DNA from: Myxococcota bacterium
Lineage (GTDB): Bacteria > Myxococcota_A > Bradymonadia > UBA7976 > UBA1532
Assembly (NCBI GenBank): GCA_018813065.1
Contig: JAHJCH010000337.1
Coordinates: 1 to 62,945, forward strand
DNA: 62,945 bases
Reading direction: 5' to 3'
A program made the translations under genes and the position numbers. The stretch's first letter is position 1, and every line of letters begins with the position of its first letter. Of this stretch, positions 41,771 through 50,161 are shown piece after piece. The notes under the pieces were generated by a model. That model was given only the letters and a program-made list of their open reading frames with translations. It was not told the origin of the DNA and did not search any database.

Positions 41771-41950
41771 TATCGACAAGCATTTCGCGGTTTTTTTTCG
41801 TTAGAAATCAACAGATTAGAGTGAGTGTACCTGGGCGCGGGCGCGGGCTCCGCCGCGCGGCGAGTGCATCCCCCCCTCAGCTCCGCTAGGCTGTCCACCA
41901 AGGCTATATTTTTTTGATTTTCAAGGGATCGAGACGCTGGAGGGCGAGAG

Positions 41951-42841
41951 ATGACCTTGTTCGAGATCCGCCGTCAGGCCGCGCCTCAGCGCCCAAGCCC
42001 CATCCTCTATGGCCCCGCGCGCGTCTCTCTCTCCACACACCACGGCTGCGATCTCGGCTGCGTCTTTTGTCAGTGCATGGCGGAGGGCCTCGGGGATGGG
42101 CGCGGCGCCTGCGCTTTGGCCCCGCCCGCGCAGATCGTCAAGGCGCTCGGCGATCCCCACTCACCGGCGCTGTGGGGGCGAGACATCTACATCAATGAGC
42201 ACACTGAGCCTTTCCTAGAGGGGGTCGAGGCGGCCACCGTCGCTTTGGTCGAGGGGCTGGCCTCGGCGGGCTTCTCCCAGCGGATGATCATCGTCAGCAA
42301 GCGCCCCCCCAGCGCGGCGACGCTGGCGCGGCTGGGGGCCTCGACGCGGCGCGGACAGCTGCGGATCTTCGCCAGCCTCGCCGATCTCGCTGGCGCGCTG
42401 GAGCGGGCGGGGCGCGCCCAGCTCTTGGCCTTGATCAAGGGCGCCCGCGACGCGGGGATCTACACCGGGCTGTGCGTCCGGCCCCTCTCCCCGCGCTGGG
42501 CTTGCCTCGCCGCCCTCGCCGCCGCCCTGCCGCCCTTCGCCGGCCTCTTGGATGAGGTGATCCTCAGCGGGGTGCGCGCGGCGCCAGAGCTGGACGCGGC
42601 CTTGGAGGCCTATGGGGTTGGCCTGATCCCCGCCAGCCCAGAGGAGCCCTTCATCGATCCCGACTTTGAGGCCGCCGTCGAGGCGCTGATCCAGCGCGGC
42701 TTGCCTGGCGTGCCCCTCTCCTTCGCCGCCCCCTCGCGTGGCCTCACCTCAGGCCGCAGGGGCGCCGAGACGATCTTTGATGGCCACGATGATTGTTGCC
42801 TCAGCCCCATCCCCCGCGCGCCGCTCCCCCTGGGTGATTGA
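41951..42841 (+). CDS. radical SAM protein (SplB/COG1533-like)
   Basis: CDLGCVFC is the CX3CX2C cluster motif, near the N-terminus. The following INEHTEPF...IIVSKRP layout resembles DNA-photolyase-like radical SAM proteins. Confidence 0.6.
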   Translation: MTLFEIRRQAAPQRPSPILYGPARVSLSTHHGCDLGCVFCQCMAEGLGDGRGACALAPPAQIVKALGDPHSPALWGRDIYINEHTEPFLEGVEAATVALVEGLASAGFSQRMIIVSKRPPSAATLARLGASTRRGQLRIFASLADLAGALERAGRAQLLALIKGARDAGIYTGLCVRPLSPRWACLAALAAALPPFAGLLDEVILSGVRAAPELDAALEAYGVGLIPASPEEPFIDPDFEAAVEALIQRGLPGVPLSFAAPSRGLTSGRRGAETIFDGHDDCCLSPIPRAPLPLGD

Positions 42842-42914
42842 CCTCCTCGCTCTTGAGTGCGCCCGCCTAAAGCCCTAAAGTCCCGCCCAATTGATCGTCC
42901 CCAGGTTGTGCCTT

Positions 42915-43847
42915 ATGAGCCCCTTACGCCGCAGCGCGCGCGCGGCAGCGTGGCGCCTCAGCGCCCTCGGCCTCCTCCTCCTGCTGCCTCCCTCGGGGGG
43001 CTGCGTGCGCGGGATGGCCATCAACGCCTTGGCCGACAGCCTCGCCAGTGAAGGCGGCGCCTGGGCGCGGGATGATGATCCTGAGCTGGTGGCCGACGCG
43101 ACGGCCTTCGGGCTCAAGACCATCGAGAGCCTCCTCGACGCCGAGCCTGAGCACCCCAAGCTGCTCTTGGCGGCCACCCGCAACTTCACGCAGTACGCCT
43201 ACGCGTTCTTGCAGATGGAGGCCGATTACATCGAGGAGGCCGATGAGGCCCGCGCTGAGCGCCTGCGCCAAAGAGCGCTGCGGATGTATCGGCGCGCCAT
43301 CGGCTATGGGCTGCGTGGCCTCGGCGGGGCGCCCTTCGAGGCGACCCTGCGCGCCGACCCACAAGCGGCGGTGGCCAAGCTCGATGAGGACAAGGTGGGG
43401 CTGCTCTATTGGACCGCCGTCGCCTGGGGCGCCTCGGTGGCCCTCAACAAGGATGATCCCGAGATGGCCTCGGGCCTCCAGGGCGTCGATGTGATGCTCA
43501 AGCGCGCGGTGGCCCTCAACGCGGGCTATGGCCAAGGCGCCCTCTATGACTTCCTCGTCTCCTGGGACGCCAGCCGCCCCGAGAGCGCGGGGGGCTCGAT
43601 GGCCCGCGCCGCCGAGCACCTGGAGCGATCCAAGGCCCTCTCCGGCGGCGCGCGGCTCTCACCCCTCCTGGCCTACGCCGAGGGCGTGACGGTCCCCAAG
43701 CAGGAGCGCGCCCGCTTCGAGGCGCTGATCGCGGAGGTCCTCGCCTTTGACGTGGATTCAGCCCCTCAGCACCGCCTAAATAACCTGATCACGCAGCGGC
43801 GCGCGCGGTGGCTCAAGGCCCACGCCGACGACCTCTTTGTTGATTGA
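42915..43847 (+). CDS. TRAP-transporter-associated TPR lipoprotein TatT
   Basis: Lipobox PSGGC. INALADSLAS...DDDPELVADATAFGLKTIESLLDAEPEHPKLLLAATRNFTQYAYAF is typical of the TatT family. Confidence 0.7.
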   Translation: MSPLRRSARAAAWRLSALGLLLLLPPSGGCVRGMAINALADSLASEGGAWARDDDPELVADATAFGLKTIESLLDAEPEHPKLLLAATRNFTQYAYAFLQMEADYIEEADEARAERLRQRALRMYRRAIGYGLRGLGGAPFEATLRADPQAAVAKLDEDKVGLLYWTAVAWGASVALNKDDPEMASGLQGVDVMLKRAVALNAGYGQGALYDFLVSWDASRPESAGGSMARAAEHLERSKALSGGARLSPLLAYAEGVTVPKQERARFEALIAEVLAFDVDSAPQHRLNNLITQRRARWLKAHADDLFVD

Positions 43848-43872
43848 ATCACCAATAAAAACGGAGAATTAC

Positions 43873-44868
43873 ATGCGCTTATCGTTTTGCGCCTTGGCGC
43901 TGCTCTTGGCCCTGCCCCTCGGCGCGGAGGCCAAGAAGGTCAAGCTCAAGCTGACCACCGTCGCCCCCAAAAACTCGGTCTTCCACAAGATGCTCAAGGA
44001 GGTCCGCCGCGACTGGAAGAAGCTCTCCGACGGTCAGGTCAGCGTCAAGATCTACGCGGGCGGCGTGGCCGGGGATGACTATGACGTGATCCGCAAGATG
44101 CGCCTGGGCACCCTCCAAGGCGGCCTGCTGATGGCGGGCGGGCTGTCCACCATCGACAAGGGCATCCACGCGCTGTCGATCCCCATGGCCTTTAAGGACT
44201 TCGGCGAGCTGGATTATGTGGTGGAGGCCCTCACGCCCAAGCTCAACGCGCTCTATGAGGAGAAGGGCTTTATCGTGCTGACCTGGGTGGACGCGGGCTG
44301 GGTGCGCTTCCTCACCAAGACCCCCGCCAAGGCCCCCAAGGACTTCGCCGATCTCAAGCTCTTCGTCGGCGCGGGGCAACCCGAGGTGGCCGAGATCTGG
44401 AAGCAGGTGGGCTTTAACCCGGTGCTCCTGCCCACCACCGAGATCTCCACGGGCCTACAGACAGGCCTGATCACGGCCCTCAACACCACCCCGCAGGCGG
44501 CCAACCTCCTGGGCTGGTACACCCACGCGCCCAACATGACCAACGTCATCATCGCCCCGATGATCATGGGCCTCGTCGTCTACAAGGACGCCTGGGAGAA
44601 GATCGACGCGCCGCTACAGGCGAAGCTCAAGGCGGCGGCGATCAAGGCCGGCGAGCGGTTTAAGAAGCGCATCCGCCCCCAAGACAAGGAGAGCCTCGAC
44701 GCCATGATCAAGCGCGGCCTCAACCTCGTCGAGCCCACCGCCGCCGATCTCGTGGAGTGGGAGAAGCTGATCTCCAGCAAGCCGCACGTGGTCCGTGGGG
44801 AGTACGTCAGCCCCGAGTTCTACGACGAGGCCATCAAGCTCCGCGACGCCTACCGAGCCAAGCGGTAA
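43873..44868 (+). CDS. TRAP transporter substrate-binding protein (DctP family)
   Basis: GGAGA SD, signal peptide, DctP-like length and layout, sits between TatT and the permease. Confidence 0.85.
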   Translation: MRLSFCALALLLALPLGAEAKKVKLKLTTVAPKNSVFHKMLKEVRRDWKKLSDGQVSVKIYAGGVAGDDYDVIRKMRLGTLQGGLLMAGGLSTIDKGIHALSIPMAFKDFGELDYVVEALTPKLNALYEEKGFIVLTWVDAGWVRFLTKTPAKAPKDFADLKLFVGAGQPEVAEIWKQVGFNPVLLPTTEISTGLQTGLITALNTTPQAANLLGWYTHAPNMTNVIIAPMIMGLVVYKDAWEKIDAPLQAKLKAAAIKAGERFKKRIRPQDKESLDAMIKRGLNLVEPTAADLVEWEKLISSKPHVVRGEYVSPEFYDEAIKLRDAYRAKR

Positions 44869-44887
44869 GGCGCGAGCACACCCCCCC

Positions 44888-46945
44888 ATGACCTCAACGC
44901 CCCCTCCGCCGCGCGGCGCCCTCGCCGCCGCGCGCAAGATCACTCAAGCCCTTGAGGATGGCCTCATCACCGCGCTCTTCGCGGCCATGGCCCTCCTGCC
45001 GCTGCTTGAGGCGCTCTCGCGCAGCTACAAGATCTTCAACGTCCCTGGCAACGCCGCCTATCTCCAGCAAGCCGTCCTGTGGATGGCCTTCCTCGGCGGC
45101 GCGTTAGCCATGCGCGACGGCAAGCACCTCCAGCTCTCCACCACCGAGGCCCTCCCTCCGGGCCGCCCTCGGCGCGTCGCCCACTTCTTCGCCTACACCG
45201 TGGCGGGGATGATCTCGACGCTGCTCGTCTACACCAGCGCCCAGCTCGTCGCCGTCAACCGCGAGGCGGGCGCGGTCCTCACCATTGGCCTGCCGGAGTG
45301 GATCAGCGATCTGGTGATGCCCATCGCCTTGGGCTGGATCGCCCTGCGCTTCGCCCTCCAGGCTCACCCCAAGTGGTGGGGGCGGGCCGCCGCCTTGGCC
45401 TTGCTGCCTGCGGGCTTCCTCTTCAGCCAGGCGCCGCAGCTCGTCGCCGAGCACGCCTGGGCGCTGACGACGATCGTCTTGGCCGCCACCCTGGTCGGCG
45501 CGCCGGTCTTCACGGCCATGGCCGCCATCGCCATGATCTTCTTCTTCCAAGAGCGCACGCCCATCTCCGCCGTCTCGGCGGACATGTACCAGCTGATCAC
45601 CTCCTCGGCGATCCCCGCCGTGCCCTTGCTGACGGCCACGGGCTACATCCTCGCTGAGAGCAAGGCGGCCAGCCGCCTGGTGCGCTTCTTCCGCGCCATC
45701 TTTGGCTGGATGCCGGGCGGCGTCGCCATCCTCGTAGCGGGCGTCTGCGCCGTCTTCACCACCTTCACCGGCGGCTCGGGCGTGACCATCATCGCCCTGG
45801 GCGGCCTCGTCTACGGCATCCTCCAAGAGAACGGCTACGACGAGGGCTTCTCCCTGGGGCTCGTCGCCGCGGGCGGCAGCCTGGGCCTCCTCTTCCCGCC
45901 CAGCCTGCCTGTGATCCTCTACGCCGTCGTCGCCCAGGTGCCCGCCGACAGCCTCTACCTCGCGGGCATCTTGCCTGGGATGCTGCTGGTCATGCTGGTG
46001 GCCGCCTATGGCATCTTTCGAGGCGCGCGCAGCCACATCCCACGCGCCCCCTTTGATCCCAAGGAGATCCTCGCCGCCACATGGGAGGCCAAGTGGGAGC
46101 TGTCAGTCCCGGTGATTGTCATCGCCCTCTTCGCCTCGGGGTTGACCTCGATGGTGGAGGCCTCCGCCGTCGCCTGCCTTTACGCCGTCATCATTGAAGT
46201 GGGCATCACCCGCGACATCCACCCGATCCGCGAGCTGCCGGGCGTATTGGTTAAATCCGGCGCGCTGATTGGCGCCGTGCTCCTGCTCTTAGCCGCCGCC
46301 ATGGGGCTCAGCGGCTACCTCGTCGATGCAGAGATCCCCGACCACCTCTTAGCCTGGATGAGCAACAACATCCATTCACCTTGGGTCTTCCTGCTCATCC
46401 TCAACGGGCTCCTTCTTGTCCTTGGCAGTGTATTAGAGATCTACTCTGCCATCGTGATTTTACCGCCCATCTTGGCGCCGATTGCCGCGCACTATGGAAT
46501 TAATCCCATACATATGGGCGTAATTTTCCTGGCGAATTTGGAGTTGGGCTTTCTTTTCCCACCTGTCGGGCTCAACTTATTTTTGACATCAACTCGGTTT
46601 AACAAACCGATGTTTAAGCTCTATAAATATGTAATCCCATATCTTTTAATTCTAGGGGTTGGCGTCCTTGTGATTACATATGTCCCATCGCTTTCAATGG
46701 CATTGCCAGAGTGGATTCAACCACAAAAGATAGAGCAAATCAAACAACAACAAGTCGAAAATTTTGAAGATTATGCGATCGAAGCTGAAGAAGAAATTGA
46801 TGATGAAGACGATGATGAAGACGATGAAAACGATGATGGATTAAATTCTGAATCGACCTCTCAGCCAACTTCACAGCCCCTCGAAATCGAAGATGACGAT
46901 GACGATGACGATGACGATGAAACTGAGGGCGATGATGAAGGCTAA
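44888..46945 (+). CDS. TRAP transporter fused small/large permease (DctQ-DctM) with an acidic C-terminal tail
   Basis: An N-terminal 4-TM DctQ-like part is followed by a ~12-TM DctM-like part. The last ~75 aa are extremely acidic (DDEDDDEDDENDD...EDDDDDDDDDETEGDDEG). Confidence 0.85.
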   Translation: MTSTPPPPRGALAAARKITQALEDGLITALFAAMALLPLLEALSRSYKIFNVPGNAAYLQQAVLWMAFLGGALAMRDGKHLQLSTTEALPPGRPRRVAHFFAYTVAGMISTLLVYTSAQLVAVNREAGAVLTIGLPEWISDLVMPIALGWIALRFALQAHPKWWGRAAALALLPAGFLFSQAPQLVAEHAWALTTIVLAATLVGAPVFTAMAAIAMIFFFQERTPISAVSADMYQLITSSAIPAVPLLTATGYILAESKAASRLVRFFRAIFGWMPGGVAILVAGVCAVFTTFTGGSGVTIIALGGLVYGILQENGYDEGFSLGLVAAGGSLGLLFPPSLPVILYAVVAQVPADSLYLAGILPGMLLVMLVAAYGIFRGARSHIPRAPFDPKEILAATWEAKWELSVPVIVIALFASGLTSMVEASAVACLYAVIIEVGITRDIHPIRELPGVLVKSGALIGAVLLLLAAAMGLSGYLVDAEIPDHLLAWMSNNIHSPWVFLLILNGLLLVLGSVLEIYSAIVILPPILAPIAAHYGINPIHMGVIFLANLELGFLFPPVGLNLFLTSTRFNKPMFKLYKYVIPYLLILGVGVLVITYVPSLSMALPEWIQPQKIEQIKQQQVENFEDYAIEAEEEIDDEDDDEDDENDDGLNSESTSQPTSQPLEIEDDDDDDDDDETEGDDEG
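46892..46920 (+). repeat. hexanucleotide (GATGAC)n microsatellite, ~4.8 units
   Basis: gatgacgatgacgatgacgatgacgatga; encodes poly-Asp in the permease frame. Confidence 0.9.
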
Positions 46946-47978
46946 ATCGCTGATTTTTCTATCCGTTATCTTATTGCCTGCTTCAGCCTGGGCCAACGCG
47001 GGGACGGCCTTGATGTGGACACAGTTCGGCCATCTCTTCATCGGCAACCTGATCATCGGGCTGCTTGAGGGGGGGCTCCTGGTCTGGCTCTACAAGACCC
47101 CCGCGCGCCGCTCATTGATCTCCATGATCCTGGCCAACTACTTCTCCATGTGGGTCGGCGCGATGGCGATCAACAACGTGGATCTGAGCCCGCTGGAGAT
47201 CCCCACCCTGCGGCTGGTGGTGTGGGGGCTGCTGCCTGCCTTCTTCTTTATCACGGTGCTGCTGGAGTCGCCCTTCGTCGCCGTGGCCTTTGACGCCAAG
47301 GGCTGGGCGCGGATCACCGGCGCGGCGCTGCTGACCCACGTCATCAGCTATGGGCTGCTGATTTTGTGGTACGCGCCGACGCACCAGACGAACCTCATCG
47401 ATCAGGAGATCGTGCCCGCCGCGGCGCTCCTCAAGGACACGCGGGCGGACATCTACTTCCTCTCCGCCGAGCGCAAGCAGATCCTCAAGCTCAGCGCGCC
47501 GCTGACGCGCGTGGAGGTGGCCTACACCTTTGAGACGGGCGAGAAGGGGGTGGGCCTGTACTTCGAGGGGGGCGCGCTGTGGTCGGCCTTGGAGAACGAG
47601 GAGGCGCCCAGGCGCGTGTTGACGTTGGAGGGCCAGCGCTGCACGCCGCAGGGCGCCCGAGATGAGCCAAGGGGGCTGAGCCAGGATCTGGGCGCTGCGA
47701 AGTTCGTAGTCAATACAGGCACTTGGGCTGCGGAGGGCCTTAACCTCTTTGATCGACCTTGGCAGCCCGACGCCGCCTCGCCGCGTAAGTTATTGGCCCA
47801 CTACGCCTTTGACACGGTCTTCGCCCGCTGGGGCATCTACCCGCGCGTCACGCTCCTTCCCAGCGGCCTCATCCTCTTCAGCGCCCGCGATCGCGTCTTG
47901 GTCTTGGACCACGCGCAGGCGCGCCTCGCCGAGATCGAGCGCGGCTTCAGCCCCGCCGCCTGTGTCGCCGCGCCCTGA
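46932..47978 (+). CDS. hypothetical membrane protein (4-5 TM N-terminal half, soluble C-terminal half)
   Basis: ATGATG at 46932 (MMKAKSLIFLSVILLPASAWA). Overlaps the permease stop by 14 nt. Confidence 0.5.
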   Translation: MMKAKSLIFLSVILLPASAWANAGTALMWTQFGHLFIGNLIIGLLEGGLLVWLYKTPARRSLISMILANYFSMWVGAMAINNVDLSPLEIPTLRLVVWGLLPAFFFITVLLESPFVAVAFDAKGWARITGAALLTHVISYGLLILWYAPTHQTNLIDQEIVPAAALLKDTRADIYFLSAERKQILKLSAPLTRVEVAYTFETGEKGVGLYFEGGALWSALENEEAPRRVLTLEGQRCTPQGARDEPRGLSQDLGAAKFVVNTGTWAAEGLNLFDRPWQPDAASPRKLLAHYAFDTVFARWGIYPRVTLLPSGLILFSARDRVLVLDHAQARLAEIERGFSPAACVAAP

Positions 47979-48085
47979 GCGTCGCCGGACCTGCGGGGAT
48001 TTCTCATTGGTCATCGCCGCCGCCGTCGATATAGTCGAGCGGCGAGGTCTTTGAGCGTTAACCCCACAGCAGACAGGTCTTTTTT

Positions 48086-50029
48086 ATGGCGAACGCGGCT
48101 CACGATCAGAGCACTGAGCGCGAGGTCACCGCGCCCTCAACGACAGACGCCAGCGTCGATGGCGCGCAGGCGGGCGCGGCGGAGGCCCAAGCGAGCGAGA
48201 TCATCCACGTCGTGCGGCGGGGGCAGACCCTCTCTGAGATCGCCCAGCGTCACCTCGGCTCAGCGGGGCGGTGGATGGCGGTCTACGAGGCCAACCGCGA
48301 GGTGATTGGGCGCAACCCCAACCAGCTCAAGCCGGGGATGAAGCTGACGATCCCCTCAACGAGCGACAAGGCGTCCGCGCCCGAGGGGGGGCAGACGCAC
48401 CGCGTGCAGCGGGGCGAGAACCTCTCGGACATCGCACAGCGTTACTTTGGCACGGCGACGCGCTGGCGGGAGATCTACAACGCCAACCGCCAAGTGATCG
48501 GGCGCAGCCCCAACCAGCTCAAGCCGGGGATGCGGCTCACGATCCCCAACGAGGCCAAGGACGAGGCCCCACCGGCCAAGGATGAAGCCACACCGGCCAA
48601 GGACGAAGCCACACCGGCCAAGGATGAAGCCACACCGGCCAAGGATGAAGCCACACCGGCCAAGGACGAGGCCCCGCCCGCCAAGGATGAGAACGCTGTT
48701 GGCTTAGGCGGCGGCCAGCCCACCCGACACACCGTCGGGCCGGGGGAGACGCTCTCCTCCATCGCCAAGCGCTACTACCACGCCTCGGCCAACTGGCGGG
48801 GGCTCTTCGAGGCCAACCGGGGGGTCATTGGCCACGACCCGAACATGCTCACCGAGGGCATGGTCTTGACGATCCCCGAGCCCGACAAGCTCCCAGCGGG
48901 CAAGGACGTGGGCGGCGTCGCCCCGCCGATGCCGGTCATCTCGCGCAGCGACGCGCGCTACAAGCGCGACTTTGAGCGCGGCTGGGCCTCATACACCCGC
49001 GTGCAGGGGGACGCGGCGACCGACCAAGCGATCACCGCCGCCTCGAAGAAGACCGGCGTCTCTGAGCGAGAGCTGACGGTGATGGCGGCCATCGAATCGG
49101 CGGGGGATAGGCACGCCAAGCGCGGCAGCTACCGAGGCTTGATGCAGATGGGGCCTGGCGCGACGGCGGACACGGGGATGGACTGGGACAAGGTCTCGAC
49201 GGACGTGACGGCCAACGCCGAGGCGGGGGCCAAGTACTGGCAGATCAACGAGCGGCAGCTCAAGAAGGCGGGCTATGAGTCCAACGTGCTCCACCAGTAC
49301 CTCACCCACCAGCAGGGCTTTACGGGCTTCAAGCGGATGATGCAGGCCATCGCCAAGGACCCCAAGTCCCCGGCGACCTCCAACCAGCTCAACAACATGG
49401 AGGAGAGCGTCATCCGCGATCTGCGGCGTAAGAACGGCGCGGTGACGCAGAAGGACTTCTACGACTACTGGGCGCAGCGCATCAAGGCCCATGAGGACGC
49501 CTATGATGCCTTCCAGAAGGCCACGGCGGGCGGCGCGCCAGCCCCGGACAAGGCGCCTGATGTCACCCCGGACAAGGACGAGGCGACGCCCAAGCCCGAC
49601 GGCGACGGGGCGACCTCCGAGCCTGACAAGGGGGCGAGCAAGGAGGCGCTGCCGGAGGGCAGCGTCACGGCCAACTTCACTTGGCGGGAGTTCGCCTGCA
49701 AGGACGGCACGGCGGTGCCCGAGGCGCTGCGGGCCAACGTCACGGCCCTCGCCGAGGAGCTGGAGAAGCTGCGCGCGGCGCTGGGGGGCCGAGGCATCAC
49801 CGTCAACAGCGGCTACCGCACCTCGGCTTACAACAAGCGGGTGGGCGGCAAGAGCGGCAGCTACCACCTCACGGCCAAGGCCGCCGACATCGTCGTCTCG
49901 GGGATGACCGCCAGCCAGGTGCGTAAAGAGCTGGAGGCGCTGATCAAGGCGGGGAAGATCCGCGACGGCGGGATCGGCGCCTACGCCACCTTCACCCACT
50001 ACGACATTGGCCCTGTGCGGCGCTGGTAA
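48086..50029 (+). CDS. multidomain peptidoglycan hydrolase: 3x LysM + SLT-like transglycosylase + M15A-like peptidase
   Basis: Three LysM units (e.g. HVVRRGQTLSEIAQRHLG...YEANREVIGRNPNQLKPGMKLTIP). SLT-like AAIESAGD...YRGLMQMG. C-terminal FTWREFACKDG...VNSGYRTSAYNKRVGGKSGSYHLTAKAADI. Confidence 0.8.
   Translation: MANAAHDQSTEREVTAPSTTDASVDGAQAGAAEAQASEIIHVVRRGQTLSEIAQRHLGSAGRWMAVYEANREVIGRNPNQLKPGMKLTIPSTSDKASAPEGGQTHRVQRGENLSDIAQRYFGTATRWREIYNANRQVIGRSPNQLKPGMRLTIPNEAKDEAPPAKDEATPAKDEATPAKDEATPAKDEATPAKDEAPPAKDENAVGLGGGQPTRHTVGPGETLSSIAKRYYHASANWRGLFEANRGVIGHDPNMLTEGMVLTIPEPDKLPAGKDVGGVAPPMPVISRSDARYKRDFERGWASYTRVQGDAATDQAITAASKKTGVSERELTVMAAIESAGDRHAKRGSYRGLMQMGPGATADTGMDWDKVSTDVTANAEAGAKYWQINERQLKKAGYESNVLHQYLTHQQGFTGFKRMMQAIAKDPKSPATSNQLNNMEESVIRDLRRKNGAVTQKDFYDYWAQRIKAHEDAYDAFQKATAGGAPAPDKAPDVTPDKDEATPKPDGDGATSEPDKGASKEALPEGSVTANFTWREFACKDGTAVPEALRANVTALAEELEKLRAALGGRGITVNSGYRTSAYNKRVGGKSGSYHLTAKAADIVVSGMTASQVRKELEALIKAGKIRDGGIGAYATFTHYDIGPVRRW
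48554..48694 (+). repeat. 21-bp in-frame repeat (AKDEATP), ~6.7 units
   Basis: gccaaggatgaagccacaccg reiterated; the outer units are slightly diverged. Confidence 0.9.
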
Positions 50030-50161
50030 ACCGCCAATAAACCACCGAAACGATTAACCTTTTCAACCTTACGCGGAGCCGCGAAGGCGTCGCCGCCGAG
50101 CCCCCTCAAGGCGACCTCAAGAGCACCCGCTGAGGCCCCGCCTCTCTCGCCTGGAGCCCCC

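Noticed and set aside
46893-46931. MTMTMTMTM start of ORF 46893..47978.
   Set aside because: It is an alternative-frame reading of the (GATGAC)n microsatellite inside the permease tail. The plausible start is the ATGATG at 46932, directly before a signal-like sequence.
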